Shown here: positions 46,551-58,232 of the stretch, one piece after another
Layout: each line of letters opens with the position of its first letter
How positions within the stretch are numbered: position 1 is the first letter of the stretch
Assembly: GCA_003561215.1 (NCBI GenBank)
Contig: PWXG01000008.1
Location: forward strand, 1,114 to 65,113
Length of the DNA stretch: 64,000 bases
Source: Thermotogales bacterium
GTDB lineage: Bacteria; Thermotogota; Thermotogae; Petrotogales; Kosmotogaceae
Reading direction: 5' to 3'
Translations under genes and position numbers: made by a program
Notes under the pieces: generated by a model
What the model saw: the letters and a program-made list of their open reading frames with translations, nothing else
Databases searched by the model: none
Told to the model about the DNA's origin: nothing

Positions 46551-48221
46551 TTGTTGCTATCAGATCTGGAAATAGCACAAAAGGCAGAGCTCGTTAACAT
46601 CAACAAGATTGCAGAGAAGGCAGGAATCTCCGAGGAATACCTGAGACCTTATGGTAAGCATGTTGCGAAGGTTTCACATCACATGCTCGAAGGACTTCAA
46701 GACAGACCTGACGGCAAGCTGATACTGGTTACAGCCATGTCTCCCACGAGCGCTGGCGAGGGCAAAACCACAACATCTATCGGTCTTTCCATGGCACTGA
46801 ACAGATTAGGGCGAAGGAGCATCGTGACGCTCAGAGAACCATCGCTGGGACCTATAATGGGCATTAAGGGTGGTGCGGCAGGAGGAGGATACTCACAGGT
46901 CTTGCCGATGGAGGAGATCAACTTACACTTCACAGGCGATATTCACGCAGTGACCACAGCTCATAATCTCCTCTCCGCTGCGATTGATGCACATCTGAAG
47001 TTCGGAAATAAGCTAGGTATTGAGCCTACGCAAGTCTATTGGCCGCGGGCAATTGATATGAACGATCGTGCCTTGAGAGAAGTAATCGTTGCACTTGGAG
47101 GAAGAGCAAATGGCTACCCCCGTGAGGACGAGTTTGTGATAACGGCTGCTTCAGAGATAATGGCCATACTATGCCTTTCCAACGATCTCGAAGATCTTAA
47201 GCAAAGACTGGGCAGGATAACCTTTGCAAGCAACATGAATAGGGAGTTCATCTCGGTTAGAGAACTCGGGGTGCATGGCGCTATGGCGGCGTTGCTGAAA
47301 GATGCAATGGATCCTAACCTTGTGCAAACAATCGAGGGAACGCCTGCTTTTGTTCATGGAGGACCTTTTGCGAATATTGCACATGGAACCAATACCATCG
47401 TAGCGACAAAGACTGCGCTGAAGCTGTCGGACATTGTTGTTACTGAAGCTGGCTTTGGAGCGGATCTAGGGGGAGAAAAGTTCCTTGATTTCGTATGTCA
47501 CGAAGGTGGATTCGTGCCTGACGGAGTGGTTATAGTTGCTTCAATCAGGGCACTGAAGGTTAACGGAGAAGCGAGAAAACAAGAACTGGACAAGGAGAAC
47601 CTTGAGGCGCTCGAGAAGGGGTTTCAGAATCTCAGGGTGCATGTTGAGAATATGGAAAAATACGGTATTCCTGTTATCGTGGCACTTAATGATTTTCCGA
47701 GCGATACGGCTGGTGAAAAGGAGTTGTTTGGCCGCCTGTGCGAAAAGAATAGTATCTCCTTTGAATTCTCCAACGTTTGGGCACACGGGGGAAACGGTGG
47801 AGAGGATCTTGCGAAGCTGGTGGTTGAGCTTACGGAAAGAGAATCAGACTTCACGCCCGTAGTAAAATGGGATCTACCGATAGAAGAGAAGCTGGACCTG
47901 CTTGCAAAGGAGATATACAGGGCCGGATCAGTGGAGATGACCTCGGCTGCAAAGGCGAGCCTTAGACGCATAAAGAAGAATGGCTATGATAGTCTCCCCT
48001 TGATAGTTGCGAAAACTCAGTACTCCATTTCCGACGAAGAATCACTGACCGGAGCCCCCAGCGGCTATACCTTTACTGTAAGGGATTTCACACTTTCTGC
48101 AGGCGCTGGATTCGTTGTCGCCATTAGTGGTTCAATAATGAGAATGCCCGGTCTTCCTGCTGCTCCAAATGCAAAGGTGATTGACATTGACAAGAGCGGG
48201 AAAATTACGGGCCTATTTTAG
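46551..48221 (+). CDS. fhs: formate--tetrahydrofolate ligase
   Basis: LSDLEIAQKA..., TAMSPTSAGEGKTTTSIGL, GGPFANIAHG. Start placed at TTG 46551/46554 after AGGAGGTGA. Confidence 0.95.
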   Translation: MLLSDLEIAQKAELVNINKIAEKAGISEEYLRPYGKHVAKVSHHMLEGLQDRPDGKLILVTAMSPTSAGEGKTTTSIGLSMALNRLGRRSIVTLREPSLGPIMGIKGGAAGGGYSQVLPMEEINLHFTGDIHAVTTAHNLLSAAIDAHLKFGNKLGIEPTQVYWPRAIDMNDRALREVIVALGGRANGYPREDEFVITAASEIMAILCLSNDLEDLKQRLGRITFASNMNREFISVRELGVHGAMAALLKDAMDPNLVQTIEGTPAFVHGGPFANIAHGTNTIVATKTALKLSDIVVTEAGFGADLGGEKFLDFVCHEGGFVPDGVVIVASIRALKVNGEARKQELDKENLEALEKGFQNLRVHVENMEKYGIPVIVALNDFPSDTAGEKELFGRLCEKNSISFEFSNVWAHGGNGGEDLAKLVVELTERESDFTPVVKWDLPIEEKLDLLAKEIYRAGSVEMTSAAKASLRRIKKNGYDSLPLIVAKTQYSISDEESLTGAPSGYTFTVRDFTLSAGAGFVVAISGSIMRMPGLPAAPNAKVIDIDKSGKITGLF

Positions 48222-48229
48222 GTGATAAT

Positions 48230-49060
48230 ATGGCGAGAATACTCGATGGCAAGGAAGTTGCTCAGAGAATCTACGAGAACCTGAAGCAGTCTCTGGCAAA
48301 TGCGAGAAGCCTGCCGAAGATAGTGTTGTATTGTGATCAACCTGATGCAGCGACCAGATCATACATGAAATCAATCATCTCTCGAGGGAAGAAGCTCTGT
48401 ATAGAGGTGGAAATGCTGCAGGCTTCCAATTCTGTGGAGAACGATGTGCGTTCTCTAAATGAATCTGATGATGTAGCAGGTGTCATGATTATGCATCCGT
48501 TCAAAGATACCGATGAAATGACTGCTCTAAGCCTCTTGAAGCATGAGAAGGATCTGGAGGGAAGGACTGCCTCAAGTCTAGGAGCAGTTGTTAATGGAGA
48601 GTGGCTCTTCGCGCCACCCACTGCGGAAGCTGTAATGGAAGTGATTGATTACTACGAGATTCCTGTGGCAGGAAAGGACGTTGTCATAGTCGGCAGATCA
48701 ACTACGGTTGGTAAACCACTGGCAATGATGTTACTAAAGAAAGGGATCGATGCAACTGTTACGGTCTGTCATTCCAGGACAGGCGAGCTTGACAAGAAGA
48801 CTTCCCGTGCAGATGTTCTAGTTTGCGCAGTCGGACGGGCAAATTTCGTCAGAAGTACTATGGTGAAGCCTGGTGCGAATGTAATCGACGTAGGGATAAA
48901 CTTCGAGCAAGGAAAGATAGTAGGTGATGCGCGCTTTGACGAAGTTGAGAAGGTTGCAGGATCAATAACGCCCGTTCCTGGAGGAATCGGCAGCATAACT
49001 ACTGCAATCCTGTTCAGGCATTACGGCACTTCCTTGAAGCTTATGGAGGCAAGAGGCTGA
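48230..49060 (+). CDS. folD: bifunctional methylene-THF dehydrogenase / methenyl-THF cyclohydrolase
   Basis: ILDGKEVA..., VVIVGRSTTVGKPLAMMLL, PVPGGIGSITTAIL. Confidence 0.95.
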   Translation: MARILDGKEVAQRIYENLKQSLANARSLPKIVLYCDQPDAATRSYMKSIISRGKKLCIEVEMLQASNSVENDVRSLNESDDVAGVMIMHPFKDTDEMTALSLLKHEKDLEGRTASSLGAVVNGEWLFAPPTAEAVMEVIDYYEIPVAGKDVVIVGRSTTVGKPLAMMLLKKGIDATVTVCHSRTGELDKKTSRADVLVCAVGRANFVRSTMVKPGANVIDVGINFEQGKIVGDARFDEVEKVAGSITPVPGGIGSITTAILFRHYGTSLKLMEARG

Positions 49061-50934
49061 TGGCTGAAAGCCCTCTTTTCAAACGACTCGGCTCACTCTC
49101 GCGAAGAGAGCTTACAGTTCTCGCTTCGGAGTTGAGGCGCATTGTGACTGACACGGTCGCCAGGAATGGGGGACACCTCTCATCAAACCTTGGAACGGTG
49201 GAATTGACGATTGCCCTGTACAGAGTCTTTGACCCCGGGCGTGATATCGTGATCTGGGATACCGGTCACCAGGCCTATACTCACAAGCTGCTTACTGGGC
49301 GGTATGATCGATTTTCTACACTTCGACAATACGGTGGGATCAGTGGATTTTTGCGCCGTTCCGAGAGTCCGTTTGATGTTTTCGGTGCCGGTCATGTGGG
49401 AACAGCAATAGCCGCTGCTCTAGGTATTGAAGGGGCACTAGACAAGAACGAAGAAAGATCCGTAGTAGCAGTTATCGGTGATGGAGCGATGACTGCAGGT
49501 AGTAGCCTGGAAGCTCTTAATCAGGTCGAGCAGGTCGGCTCAAGGATCAAGATAGTCCTGAACGACAACGGAATGAGTATAGGAAAGAATGTCGGAAGAC
49601 TCTCCTCTGTGCTGAGCGATCTGAGACTAAAGAGACTCTACAGATCACTCAAAGGTGATGTAAAAGAAACGCTTGAGACAATGAAGCTTGACAATATCGA
49701 ATCGCTCTTGTCGAGGTTGAAGAACGGTTTGAAGCAGACTATACTCGGTGCTAATATTTTTGAAGACCTGGGCCTCAACTATATCGGTCCTATTGATGGG
49801 CACAACATGAAAGAGCTTGAGGCTGTGTTTGGTGCAGTCAAGGATTTCGATGAGCCGTTCCTGATACATGTTGCTACGACTAAAGGATTCGGCATAGAAT
49901 ATGCCGAAGAAGACTCTACGACTTTTCACAGCATCGGGAGCTTCGATGCTGAGACAGGTGAGCCGAAACAATCAGATAGCGTCTCATACAGTATGGTCTT
50001 CGGAGAGACGATGAAATCTATCGCAGAAAAAGATTCCAGGGTTCATGTGATTACTGCAGCAATGCCTGATGGCACAGGTCTGCGAGGTTTTCTAGAGAAG
50101 TACCCAACAAGGACTCATGATCTTGGTATTACCGAACAGCTCTGTGCGACTTACGCGGCAGGAATGGCTACAATGGGTCACAAAGCGGTTTTTGCGGTTT
50201 ATTCAACTTTTCTCCAGAGGGCCTTTGATCAGGTGATCCACGATATTTGCTTGCAGGATCTGCCCGTAATATTGTGTATAGACCGTGCTGGAATCGTTGG
50301 GAATGACGGACCAACACATAATGGTATTTTCGACATCGCATTTCTTTCAATGATCCCAAATATGCGGGTGCTGTGTCCAAGCAGTCTGCAGGACCTTGCG
50401 GACACTCTCTACACAGTCCTGTTGTGCGATCAACTCAAGGGACCCGTTGCAATAAGGTATCCAAAGTGCTCGGAGAAAGCTGATCCACAGTCCATAATCT
50501 CCATGATGAAGCGAGTTAACCTGCAACGTTGGTGCGGATTGAAACATGGAGAAGGAGTTGCGATCCTGGCAACTGGAAGCATGGTGACACCGTCTCTTAG
50601 AGTGGCAGATGAAGAGAGGATGGCTCTCTACGACTGTAGAAACATCAAACCACTTGATGAGAGTTCGCTTGCAGACATAGCAGCACACTTTGATGCAGTG
50701 GTTACAGTTGAGGAAGGTATACTGCATGGAGGGTTTGGGTCTGCTGTTAATCGCATGCTAAATGACATGGAATACCGGGGAATTGTCAGGAACATAGGGA
50801 TAGAGGATCGTTTCAGTGATCATGGTTCTAGAAGCGAGGTACTCTCATCACTGGCACTTGATTATCCAGGACTGAGGAGGCAAATACGCAAGATAAGGGG
50901 TGAACTGTGTGCTCATAACCACAGAATTCGGTAA
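49060..50934 (+). CDS. dxs: 1-deoxy-D-xylulose-5-phosphate synthase
   Basis: GGHLSSNLGTVELTIAL, GHQAYTHKLLTGR, IGDGAMTAG, GNDGPTHNG. TGATG overlap with folD. Confidence 0.95.
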   Translation: MAESPLFKRLGSLSRRELTVLASELRRIVTDTVARNGGHLSSNLGTVELTIALYRVFDPGRDIVIWDTGHQAYTHKLLTGRYDRFSTLRQYGGISGFLRRSESPFDVFGAGHVGTAIAAALGIEGALDKNEERSVVAVIGDGAMTAGSSLEALNQVEQVGSRIKIVLNDNGMSIGKNVGRLSSVLSDLRLKRLYRSLKGDVKETLETMKLDNIESLLSRLKNGLKQTILGANIFEDLGLNYIGPIDGHNMKELEAVFGAVKDFDEPFLIHVATTKGFGIEYAEEDSTTFHSIGSFDAETGEPKQSDSVSYSMVFGETMKSIAEKDSRVHVITAAMPDGTGLRGFLEKYPTRTHDLGITEQLCATYAAGMATMGHKAVFAVYSTFLQRAFDQVIHDICLQDLPVILCIDRAGIVGNDGPTHNGIFDIAFLSMIPNMRVLCPSSLQDLADTLYTVLLCDQLKGPVAIRYPKCSEKADPQSIISMMKRVNLQRWCGLKHGEGVAILATGSMVTPSLRVADEERMALYDCRNIKPLDESSLADIAAHFDAVVTVEEGILHGGFGSAVNRMLNDMEYRGIVRNIGIEDRFSDHGSRSEVLSSLALDYPGLRRQIRKIRGELCAHNHRIR

Positions 50935-51253
50935 GATTGAGATCTCGCTGCAAGCCATAAGCTCAATAATTAAGAAGGTAGTTTCAGAGTCTTATGGGCC
51001 TGTAAACGTGGGATCAGGCAGTCACAGTTTTTTCAGCAAGCTCTTTGGTGGAGAAGACAGCAGAAAGGGTATACGTGTTATCGAGGAAATTGACGGAAGT
51101 CTTGAGATCGATATTGACCTGGTACTGGAATATGGTATGCGTATTCCTACCGTAGTTGAAAACATCCAGGAGAATGTCTTCCACAGGTTGAAGGAACTGA
51201 CTGAGGCAAACAACGTACGGGTGAATATCCACGTTATTGGGCTGCAAGACTAA
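50909..51253 (+). CDS. Asp23/Gls24 family protein (YloU-like)
   Basis: FGKIEISLQAISSIIKKVVSES core. GTG 50909 lies 5 nt after AAGGGGTGA. It precedes the DAK2 gene as in the yloU-yloV pairing. Confidence 0.8.
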   Translation: MLITTEFGKIEISLQAISSIIKKVVSESYGPVNVGSGSHSFFSKLFGGEDSRKGIRVIEEIDGSLEIDIDLVLEYGMRIPTVVENIQENVFHRLKELTEANNVRVNIHVIGLQD

Positions 51254-51265
51254 AGAGGGTCTGAT

Positions 51266-52936
51266 ATGAAGAGACTGAGCGGGAAGTTCTTTGTAGCTGC
51301 CTTCCGGAAATCAGCGGAACGGCTGCTTGTGAACAAGGACGAGATTAACGTCCTGAATGTTTTTCCTGTACCGGATGGCGATACAGGCTCCAATATGGCT
51401 GCTGCAATGATGGAAGCCTGTGAATATCTTGACCGGTTGAACAATGAAGATCTGCCCTCAGTTCTTGAAGCTATTAAGAACGGAATGCTTATGGGAGCAC
51501 GAGGAAACTCAGGAGTTATTCTGTCACAGATCTTCAGAGGTTTTGCTGAAGGAGTAAACGGGAAAAAGGTCATAGGAACAAAGACTTTCTCAGAAGCGCT
51601 AAAGTCCTCTAAAGACGTTGCCTACAAGTCAGTAATGAAGCCAGTTGAAGGAACGATGCTGACAGTCATTCGTGAGATCGCCGAGAAAGCGAATGAAGAG
51701 TATAGCGGAGTAGAGGATTTCACGGATTACTTCAGACTGCTTACTGAAACTGCCTTCGAAGTCGTCGAGAGAACCCCGACGATGCTTGCGAGGCTCAGAG
51801 AGGCAGGAGTGGTTGACGCAGGCGGAAAGGGGTTGGCTTACATATTCGAGGGATTCAAACTTGCTATTGAAGGAGATACTGACAGCGATCTGCTGCTTGA
51901 AGAAAGTGCAATCACAGCAGGTTCTTCGGCTGAAAGAATAGTCGAAATTGCACGGGAAGAGCTGAAGCATACGTACTGTACTGAACTGGTTATCAAACTG
52001 CATGGCGGTGTTGAAGAGAAGATCGTTACAAAAGGATTGAAAGGATATCTCAAGGAAATGGGAGACTCTATTGTTTTGGTCAATCAGGATGATCTCATAA
52101 AGATTCACGTCCATACGGATCATCCGGGCGATGTTATAGAAAGGTTCATCTCGCACGGTTCACTTCAGAAAGTCAAGATCGATAACATGAAACTGCAACA
52201 CGAGCACGTAGTTGATATTCAACAGCAGAAAGACTCACAGTTGCCCGGAAGCGGGAAAAAGAACGGAGTAGTGTCTGTTTCGCCGGGAGAAGGATTGAGT
52301 GAGATTATGAAAAGCCTTGGAGCAGACTATCTGGTCAAGGGCGGACAGACGATGAACCCGAGTCTGAAAGACTTGATTGAAGCGATACACAAAGTGAGGT
52401 CAGACACTGTTCTGGTCTTGACGAACAACCCCAATATCTTGTTGACGGCACGCGAAGCAGCAAATAATGTAATGGATCAGTTTCCACATAAAAAAGTGGT
52501 TATCCTTCCGACGAAGAACGTTCAGGAAGGAATCTCAGCACTCACTGCTTACAACGATATCCTTGAGACAGATGATCTTGTAGCAGAAATGCAGGAAGCT
52601 CTAGAGATTCTCGTGTCGATTTCTGTTACTCATATTATCCGAGATTCGAGAATCAAAGGTGTGAAAGTGAGAAAAGGCGATTACGTAGCACTGGACCGCA
52701 CCGATCATGTGCTAGCTTCCGGAAGAAGGCTGGAGAAGATCGTTTATGAAGCGATCAAGAAGGCTCTCGACGGGAAAGAAGACAAAGAAGTGGGTACGAT
52801 CTTCTACGGGCAGGATGTGAAAGAAGAGCACGCCGCAAAACTTCTGGAAGGGCTTTCGGAGGAGTTCGAGGATCTTGAATTTGAGCTTCACTATGGAGGA
52901 CAACCCTATTACTACTACTTGATATCTATCGAGTGA
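51266..52936 (+). CDS. yloV: DAK2 domain fusion protein YloV
   Basis: LNVFPVPDGDTGSNM, GARGNSGVILSQ. 556 aa. Confidence 0.9.
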   Translation: MKRLSGKFFVAAFRKSAERLLVNKDEINVLNVFPVPDGDTGSNMAAAMMEACEYLDRLNNEDLPSVLEAIKNGMLMGARGNSGVILSQIFRGFAEGVNGKKVIGTKTFSEALKSSKDVAYKSVMKPVEGTMLTVIREIAEKANEEYSGVEDFTDYFRLLTETAFEVVERTPTMLARLREAGVVDAGGKGLAYIFEGFKLAIEGDTDSDLLLEESAITAGSSAERIVEIAREELKHTYCTELVIKLHGGVEEKIVTKGLKGYLKEMGDSIVLVNQDDLIKIHVHTDHPGDVIERFISHGSLQKVKIDNMKLQHEHVVDIQQQKDSQLPGSGKKNGVVSVSPGEGLSEIMKSLGADYLVKGGQTMNPSLKDLIEAIHKVRSDTVLVLTNNPNILLTAREAANNVMDQFPHKKVVILPTKNVQEGISALTAYNDILETDDLVAEMQEALEILVSISVTHIIRDSRIKGVKVRKGDYVALDRTDHVLASGRRLEKIVYEAIKKALDGKEDKEVGTIFYGQDVKEEHAAKLLEGLSEEFEDLEFELHYGGQPYYYYLISIE

Positions 52937-52946
52937 CGGAGGATAA

Positions 52947-53807
52947 ATGTTTCTACAGGAACTAATAAAGAGGCTCAATGACTATTGGTCAAAGCAGGGC
53001 TGCCTGGTCGATCAGCCATACGACCTTGAAATGGGTGCCGGTACATTTCATCCTGCTACGTTTCTGCGCTCTTTGGGAAAGAGGCCGTGGAAAGTCGCAT
53101 TTGTCCAACCATGCAGACGGCCTTCGGATGGCAGGTATGGGGAGAATCCCATGAGGATGCAACGCTATTTCCAGTATCAGGTGATCATCAAGCCTGCTCC
53201 CGAAGAATCTCAAGAGATCTACATTGACTCGCTCAGTGCATTGGGTATTGATCCTCTGGATCATGATATTCGATTCGTTGAAGACAACTGGGAATCACCA
53301 ACTCTCGGAGCATGGGGCGTTGGCTGGGAAGTATGGTTAAATGGTTCCGAGATCACCCAGTTTACGTACTTTCAACAGCTGGGTGGATTAAACGTTGACT
53401 TAGTCTCGCTGGAAATCACCTATGGAATTGAACGACTTGCAATGTATCTCCAGGGAAAGCGAAACGTATTTGAAGTTGACTGGAACGATAGTTACAAGTA
53501 TGGTGAGGTTTTCAGAGAAAATGAGAGGCAGTTTTCTGCTTACAATTTCGAAGTTGCAGACATTGGCTTTCTCTTCAAGCTTTACGATTCATACAAGAAA
53601 GAATTCTCGGAATGCTTGAAAGCAGGCCTCTTTCTTCCTGCGTATGATTACATGATGAAGTGTTCCCATTCCTTCAATTTGCTAGATGCGAGAAACGCCA
53701 TTAGCGTTTCACAAAGGCAAACCTACATAAAATCAATCAGGGATATGGCCCGCCAGGTTGCTCAAGCCTGTATTAAGTCAGAGGGAGAGAGAAATGCCAC
53801 AGCTTGA
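52947..53807 (+). CDS. glyQ: glycine--tRNA ligase alpha subunit
   Basis: [18 protein letters not shown]...[15 protein letters not shown]...YFQQLGG. Confidence 0.95.
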   Translation: MFLQELIKRLNDYWSKQGCLVDQPYDLEMGAGTFHPATFLRSLGKRPWKVAFVQPCRRPSDGRYGENPMRMQRYFQYQVIIKPAPEESQEIYIDSLSALGIDPLDHDIRFVEDNWESPTLGAWGVGWEVWLNGSEITQFTYFQQLGGLNVDLVSLEITYGIERLAMYLQGKRNVFEVDWNDSYKYGEVFRENERQFSAYNFEVADIGFLFKLYDSYKKEFSECLKAGLFLPAYDYMMKCSHSFNLLDARNAISVSQRQTYIKSIRDMARQVAQACIKSEGERNATA

Positions 53808-55857
53808 TTCCCTTCTTGAGGTGGGAGTCGAAGAACTCCCATCAAGTGAGATAGAAACGCTAGTTAACCAACTAAGAAGAACACTCCCGAAGTTACTTGC
53901 CAAGGAGCGCCTCAAGTATGAGGCTGTCAAGGAGTTCTATTCGGCAAGAAGGTTCGGGGTTATCATATATGGGTTGTCCGAGAAACAGGAGAGCTTTGTT
54001 GAAGAGAAGCGTGGTCCGAGTGTTGCGATTGCCTTCAAAGACGGGAAACCCACAAAAGCACTAGAGGGCTTTGCAAAATCGAACAAGGCTAGTCTTGAAG
54101 ATATCGAGACCCGTCAAGACGCAGGAAAAGAATATGTGTTTCTGAAAAGAAGTGTTACAGGATTGGCTGCATCCATTGTTCTTCCTGCCGTCTACAAGGA
54201 ACTCGTCGAATCGATGGAGTTCAAGAAGCCAATGCGTCTCCCAACCGTTGATGCTAGGTTTGTAAGGCCGGTAAGGTGGGTTGTGGCCATGCTGAACGAC
54301 GAGATTCTGAAGCTCGAATTGCTTGGAAAAAGGTCAGGTCATCTGAGCAAAGGACACCGCTTTCTTGCAGGTGACGTTGAAGTGTTTCCGGGATCATACT
54401 TTGACCGCATGCGAGAGGTTTTTGTGATTGCTGACCATGATGAAAGAAGACAGCGGGTGCAGAAAGCTCTGCAAGACCTGGAGAAATCCCTGGGAGTCGA
54501 AATACCGGTAGATGCGGAATTGACCGAAGACATTGTAAGGCTGACAGAGTTCCCAACACCTGTTCTTGGTGCATTTGATGATGAATACCTGGAATTGCCG
54601 GCTGAAGTGGTGACTATATCGTTGAAAACGCATCAACGTACTTTTCCTGTGAATATCGCCGGTGAGCTCAGCAACAGATTTGTTGCCTTTCAGGACGGAA
54701 AAGAAGATCGAAAGGGGAATATAAGGGAAGGCTATGAAGAAGTAATAAACGCAAGGCTAGAGGACGCTCACTTCTATTACTTCAGGGACCTTGCTGAACG
54801 GCTTGAAGATTTCGTGGAAAAGCTGAAAGGCATCGTGTTTCAGGCAGGGCTGGGAACGGTATATGACAAGACCTCCAGAACGAGAACGCTGGCTCATCTT
54901 ATCGCCGTTCTTCTTAAGGCAGCTCAACGTGAAGTCGAAGCAATTGACAGGACTGCATTACTATGCAAGGCTGATCTGGCAACCAGGATGGTGCAGGAGT
55001 TTCCCGAGTTACAGGGAACAATGGGTCGAATTTACGCAGAAAAATCCGGTGAGACAGAGGAAGTCTCGTGGGGAATTCAGGAGCACTATGCGAACGTTGC
55101 GAAGCGCACCGGAATAACAGGCGTAGTAGTTTCTACAGCTGACAAAATTGATACCCTGGTAAGCAATTTCATCATTGGCAACGTGCCGACATCTTCGAAA
55201 GACCCTTATGCTCTCAAGAAGAAGTTTGACAGCGTCTTGAGAATTGCAGCAGACTTTGGGTGGGATCTTGACCTTAGGCAGCTTTTCCTCAAGGTTGCAG
55301 AGATGCTCAAAGCGGATCCTTCCGGATCGAGCAGGTCCTTGTACGAGTTTTGCGAAAACAGGTTTCGTTTCTTTCTTGGAAGCCGAGAGTATTCTCTTGC
55401 AGTATGTAAAGCCGTGTCTCCCTGGTGGTGGAATCCCTTCAGGGGAAGTGAAATGGCTGCGGCAATCCTTCGTTCCGATGAAGAAGGGATTCTTGCTGAT
55501 CTACTCGTGGCCTTTGAACGAGTGCACAACATCACGAGGGATCATCAGGATGACACCTTCGACAGTCGCTTCTTCAAGGATGAAGCTGAGCGTAGACTCC
55601 TCAATAGCTTCGTCAAGGTTAAGGAACGGGTATTGAATGCGTTAAGCAGAAGGCTCTTTGACAAAGCAATAGAGGCTCTTCGAGAACTCAAGCAACCCGT
55701 AGATGACTATTTTGACAGCGTCTTCGTCATGGACAACCAGATAGATCTTCGAATCAACAGGTTGGGCTTTCTCAAATCGCTCGACAGTCTTTTTTCTCTT
55801 GTTGCAGACTTCACACCGCTCCTTGGCACGATGAAAGCAGATGAACCGAGCTTATAG
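53794..55857 (+). CDS. glyS: glycine--tRNA ligase beta subunit
   Basis: [18 protein letters not shown]-terminus. Start moved to ATG 53794, which overlaps the glyQ 3' end. Confidence 0.95.
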   Translation: MPQLDSLLEVGVEELPSSEIETLVNQLRRTLPKLLAKERLKYEAVKEFYSARRFGVIIYGLSEKQESFVEEKRGPSVAIAFKDGKPTKALEGFAKSNKASLEDIETRQDAGKEYVFLKRSVTGLAASIVLPAVYKELVESMEFKKPMRLPTVDARFVRPVRWVVAMLNDEILKLELLGKRSGHLSKGHRFLAGDVEVFPGSYFDRMREVFVIADHDERRQRVQKALQDLEKSLGVEIPVDAELTEDIVRLTEFPTPVLGAFDDEYLELPAEVVTISLKTHQRTFPVNIAGELSNRFVAFQDGKEDRKGNIREGYEEVINARLEDAHFYYFRDLAERLEDFVEKLKGIVFQAGLGTVYDKTSRTRTLAHLIAVLLKAAQREVEAIDRTALLCKADLATRMVQEFPELQGTMGRIYAEKSGETEEVSWGIQEHYANVAKRTGITGVVVSTADKIDTLVSNFIIGNVPTSSKDPYALKKKFDSVLRIAADFGWDLDLRQLFLKVAEMLKADPSGSSRSLYEFCENRFRFFLGSREYSLAVCKAVSPWWWNPFRGSEMAAAILRSDEEGILADLLVAFERVHNITRDHQDDTFDSRFFKDEAERRLLNSFVKVKERVLNALSRRLFDKAIEALRELKQPVDDYFDSVFVMDNQIDLRINRLGFLKSLDSLFSLVADFTPLLGTMKADEPSL

Positions 55858-56752
55858 GGCAGGAACGGCTACCCTCGTAGGAAAAACAAATGTAGGGAAA
55901 TCTTCTCTTCTGAACACGGTAATCGGCGAGAAGGTTGCAATTGTTTCCGATAAGCCTCAAACTACTAGAAACCGAATCGCCGGTATCTTGACAACCGACA
56001 AATTTCAGGCAGTGATCTACGATACTCCCGGAATCCACAAGCCACTTCACCGGCTTGGCGAGTACCTGGTCAGGATTGCTGTAGCCGCATTGTCTGGTGT
56101 TGACCTTATCGTCGTTGTTCTCGATGTCTCTGGCAAGATTGGCGACCAGGATCTGCGAGTAGCAGAAATGGTAAGACGGAGCAAGACTCCTTCGATCTTA
56201 CTTCTGAATAAGCTTGATCTGTGCAATGACACGAGAAGGGCTGAAGCCTTTGTAAATAGTACCAGAGGGCTCTTCGAAAACACAGAGGAGGCCTTCTTTG
56301 TGTCGGCAAAAACGGGCGAGGGTCTGGAAGATCTTGCTGAAGCAATAGAGAGATTCATGCCTGAGAGCCCGCCCCTCTTTCCAGAAGACGTTGTGTCCGA
56401 CAAGCCTTTACGATTCATGATCTCTGAGATTGTGAGGGAGAAGATTCTGGAACTCACGAGGAAAGAAGTGCCACATTCGTGCGGCATATATATGCAGCAA
56501 TTTGACTACAGAGATGACGGAAACATTTACATCCTTGCGGATATTGTCGTGGAAAGAGATAGTCAGAAACCCATTCTGATAGGAAGGCGCGGCGCCATGA
56601 TAAAAGAGATAGGAATTGCGGCCAGGAAAGATATAGAGTATCTCACCGATCGAAAAGTTTTTCTTGAGCTTTTTGTGAAGGTCAGAAAAGACTGGCGCCA
56701 GAAAGACTCCATGATCCAGGAGTTCACGGGACTAAAAGACGAAATCAAGTGA
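55841..56752 (+). CDS. era: GTPase Era
   Basis: LVGKTNVGKSSLLN, DTPGIH, NKLD, plus a C-terminal KH domain. Overlaps glyS by 17 nt. Confidence 0.95.
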   Translation: MNRAYRAGTATLVGKTNVGKSSLLNTVIGEKVAIVSDKPQTTRNRIAGILTTDKFQAVIYDTPGIHKPLHRLGEYLVRIAVAALSGVDLIVVVLDVSGKIGDQDLRVAEMVRRSKTPSILLLNKLDLCNDTRRAEAFVNSTRGLFENTEEAFFVSAKTGEGLEDLAEAIERFMPESPPLFPEDVVSDKPLRFMISEIVREKILELTRKEVPHSCGIYMQQFDYRDDGNIYILADIVVERDSQKPILIGRRGAMIKEIGIAARKDIEYLTDRKVFLELFVKVRKDWRQKDSMIQEFTGLKDEIK

Positions 56753-56764
56753 TTAGGTGATGCT

Positions 56765-58066
56765 GTGAACAGAATGGTTCTGACACTCTGGCTACTTCTG
56801 TTGATGATGGTCTTGCTAAACGCTGATCAAATGGTAATCGCTCCGAACATCGCTGAGGTCCAGAAGGAGTTTGGGATAACGACACGCGAAATCGGATTGA
56901 TCCAGGGTACTTTCACGGTGGTGGGTGCGCTCATTAGTCTGGTTTGGGGATACATGTCTGATCGCTTCTCCCGCAGGAAGCTAATGCTTTTCAGTGTGTT
57001 GATCGGTGAGATCCCGTGTTTTCTTTCCGCATTCGTTCAGACTTATCCACAGCTCTTCATCGCTAGGGCTTTCACCGGAATCGGTGTCGGGGCGCTCTTC
57101 CCACTGGTCTTTTCTTATGCTGCAGACGTTTTCAAGGAAAAGGAACGAGCCAGAGCAAACGCCTTTCTCTCCACGGCGATCTCTCTTGGTGCGATCGTGG
57201 GAATGGTAGTGGCTGGCTTTACAGGCACCACTTTTGGATGGAGACTGCCATTTATACTTGTGTCTGTTCCAAACGTATTTGTTGTGATACTATTCTACCT
57301 TGTGTCGAAAGAACCGAAACGCGGAGCATCTGAAATAGCAGTAGGAGATCTTGTCGAACAGGGTTATACTTACCTCGGAAAGGTCAGATTATCTGACTAC
57401 AAGGATATCTTCAGGATAAAGACAAATCTTGTTCTTTTCATTCAGGGAATACTCGGAACAATTCCATGGGGAGCGATACCTTACTTCCTTGTGAACTTCC
57501 TCGAGACTTCGAAAAATCTGACAAAAGAGACTGCAACCCTTGTTTTTATCTTCTTCGGTGTGGGGAATGTCCTTGGCATCTTCTTTGGTGGGCTTATCGG
57601 AGGGTATCTCTACAAGAAGAAGGCATCATATATGCCTCTTTTTGCAAGCATTACCACTGCAGCTGGAGCATTTATGGCGCTTGCTGCTCTTAACTTCCCG
57701 CCGGTTACAGGTGTTGCCTCGTTTGCCGTATTATCAGCACTGGGCGCTTTAGCGGCAGCCACGGCATCAATGACCGGTCCAAACGTGAAGACGATGGTGA
57801 TGAACACTAACGAACCCGAGAACCGGGGCAGGATCTTTTCGGTGTTCAACCTTACAGATTCGCTTGGAATAGGCTTTGGTCAATTCTTTGCAGGAGTTGT
57901 AGCTGCAAGCATTGGCTCAGTCGGTGCAGCGCTCAACATCTCGGCACTTTTCTGGATTCCATGTTCGGCAATACTACTGGTGGCAGTCAGAAGCCTTCCA
58001 AAGGATAGACAACTCCTGAGGAAGAAGATGAAGAGAAGAGCGGAGTCAATGGTGGAAACGGGGTAG
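56765..58066 (+). CDS. MFS transporter
   Basis: 433 aa with a 12-TM-like profile. GYMSDRFSRRK loop motif. Confidence 0.8.
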   Translation: MNRMVLTLWLLLLMMVLLNADQMVIAPNIAEVQKEFGITTREIGLIQGTFTVVGALISLVWGYMSDRFSRRKLMLFSVLIGEIPCFLSAFVQTYPQLFIARAFTGIGVGALFPLVFSYAADVFKEKERARANAFLSTAISLGAIVGMVVAGFTGTTFGWRLPFILVSVPNVFVVILFYLVSKEPKRGASEIAVGDLVEQGYTYLGKVRLSDYKDIFRIKTNLVLFIQGILGTIPWGAIPYFLVNFLETSKNLTKETATLVFIFFGVGNVLGIFFGGLIGGYLYKKKASYMPLFASITTAAGAFMALAALNFPPVTGVASFAVLSALGALAAATASMTGPNVKTMVMNTNEPENRGRIFSVFNLTDSLGIGFGQFFAGVVAASIGSVGAALNISALFWIPCSAILLVAVRSLPKDRQLLRKKMKRRAESMVETG

Positions 58067-58165
58067 TTGTCAAGACCGCAAAACCCTTTTTCAGCCTTGA
58101 ATGGAGAGTGATCAAGGTTTGCCAGGTATATAATGGTAATGCTGAAGTAACCCTCAGACCGCTTC

Positions 58166-58197
58166 GCTGCCCTGAAAAGGGCAGCAATTTTTATTTT
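58166..58197 (+). terminator. rho-independent terminator
   Basis: GCTGCCC-tgaaaa-GGGCAGC followed by AATTTTTATTTTAT. It lies 100 nt after the MFS stop. Confidence 0.7.
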
Positions 58198-58232
58198 ATC
58201 TTGCTATGACGATAAGAGGTCTGTACAAACTC

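Noticed and set aside
58126-58137. Shared 12-mer GTATATAATGGT at 58126-58137 and 61012-61023, possibly a common promoter or repeat.
   Set aside because: Over a hundred chance 12-mer repeats are expected in 64 kb. The flanks do not match, and neither copy has a usable -35 or extended -10. The second copy falls in the apical loop of a predicted hairpin.
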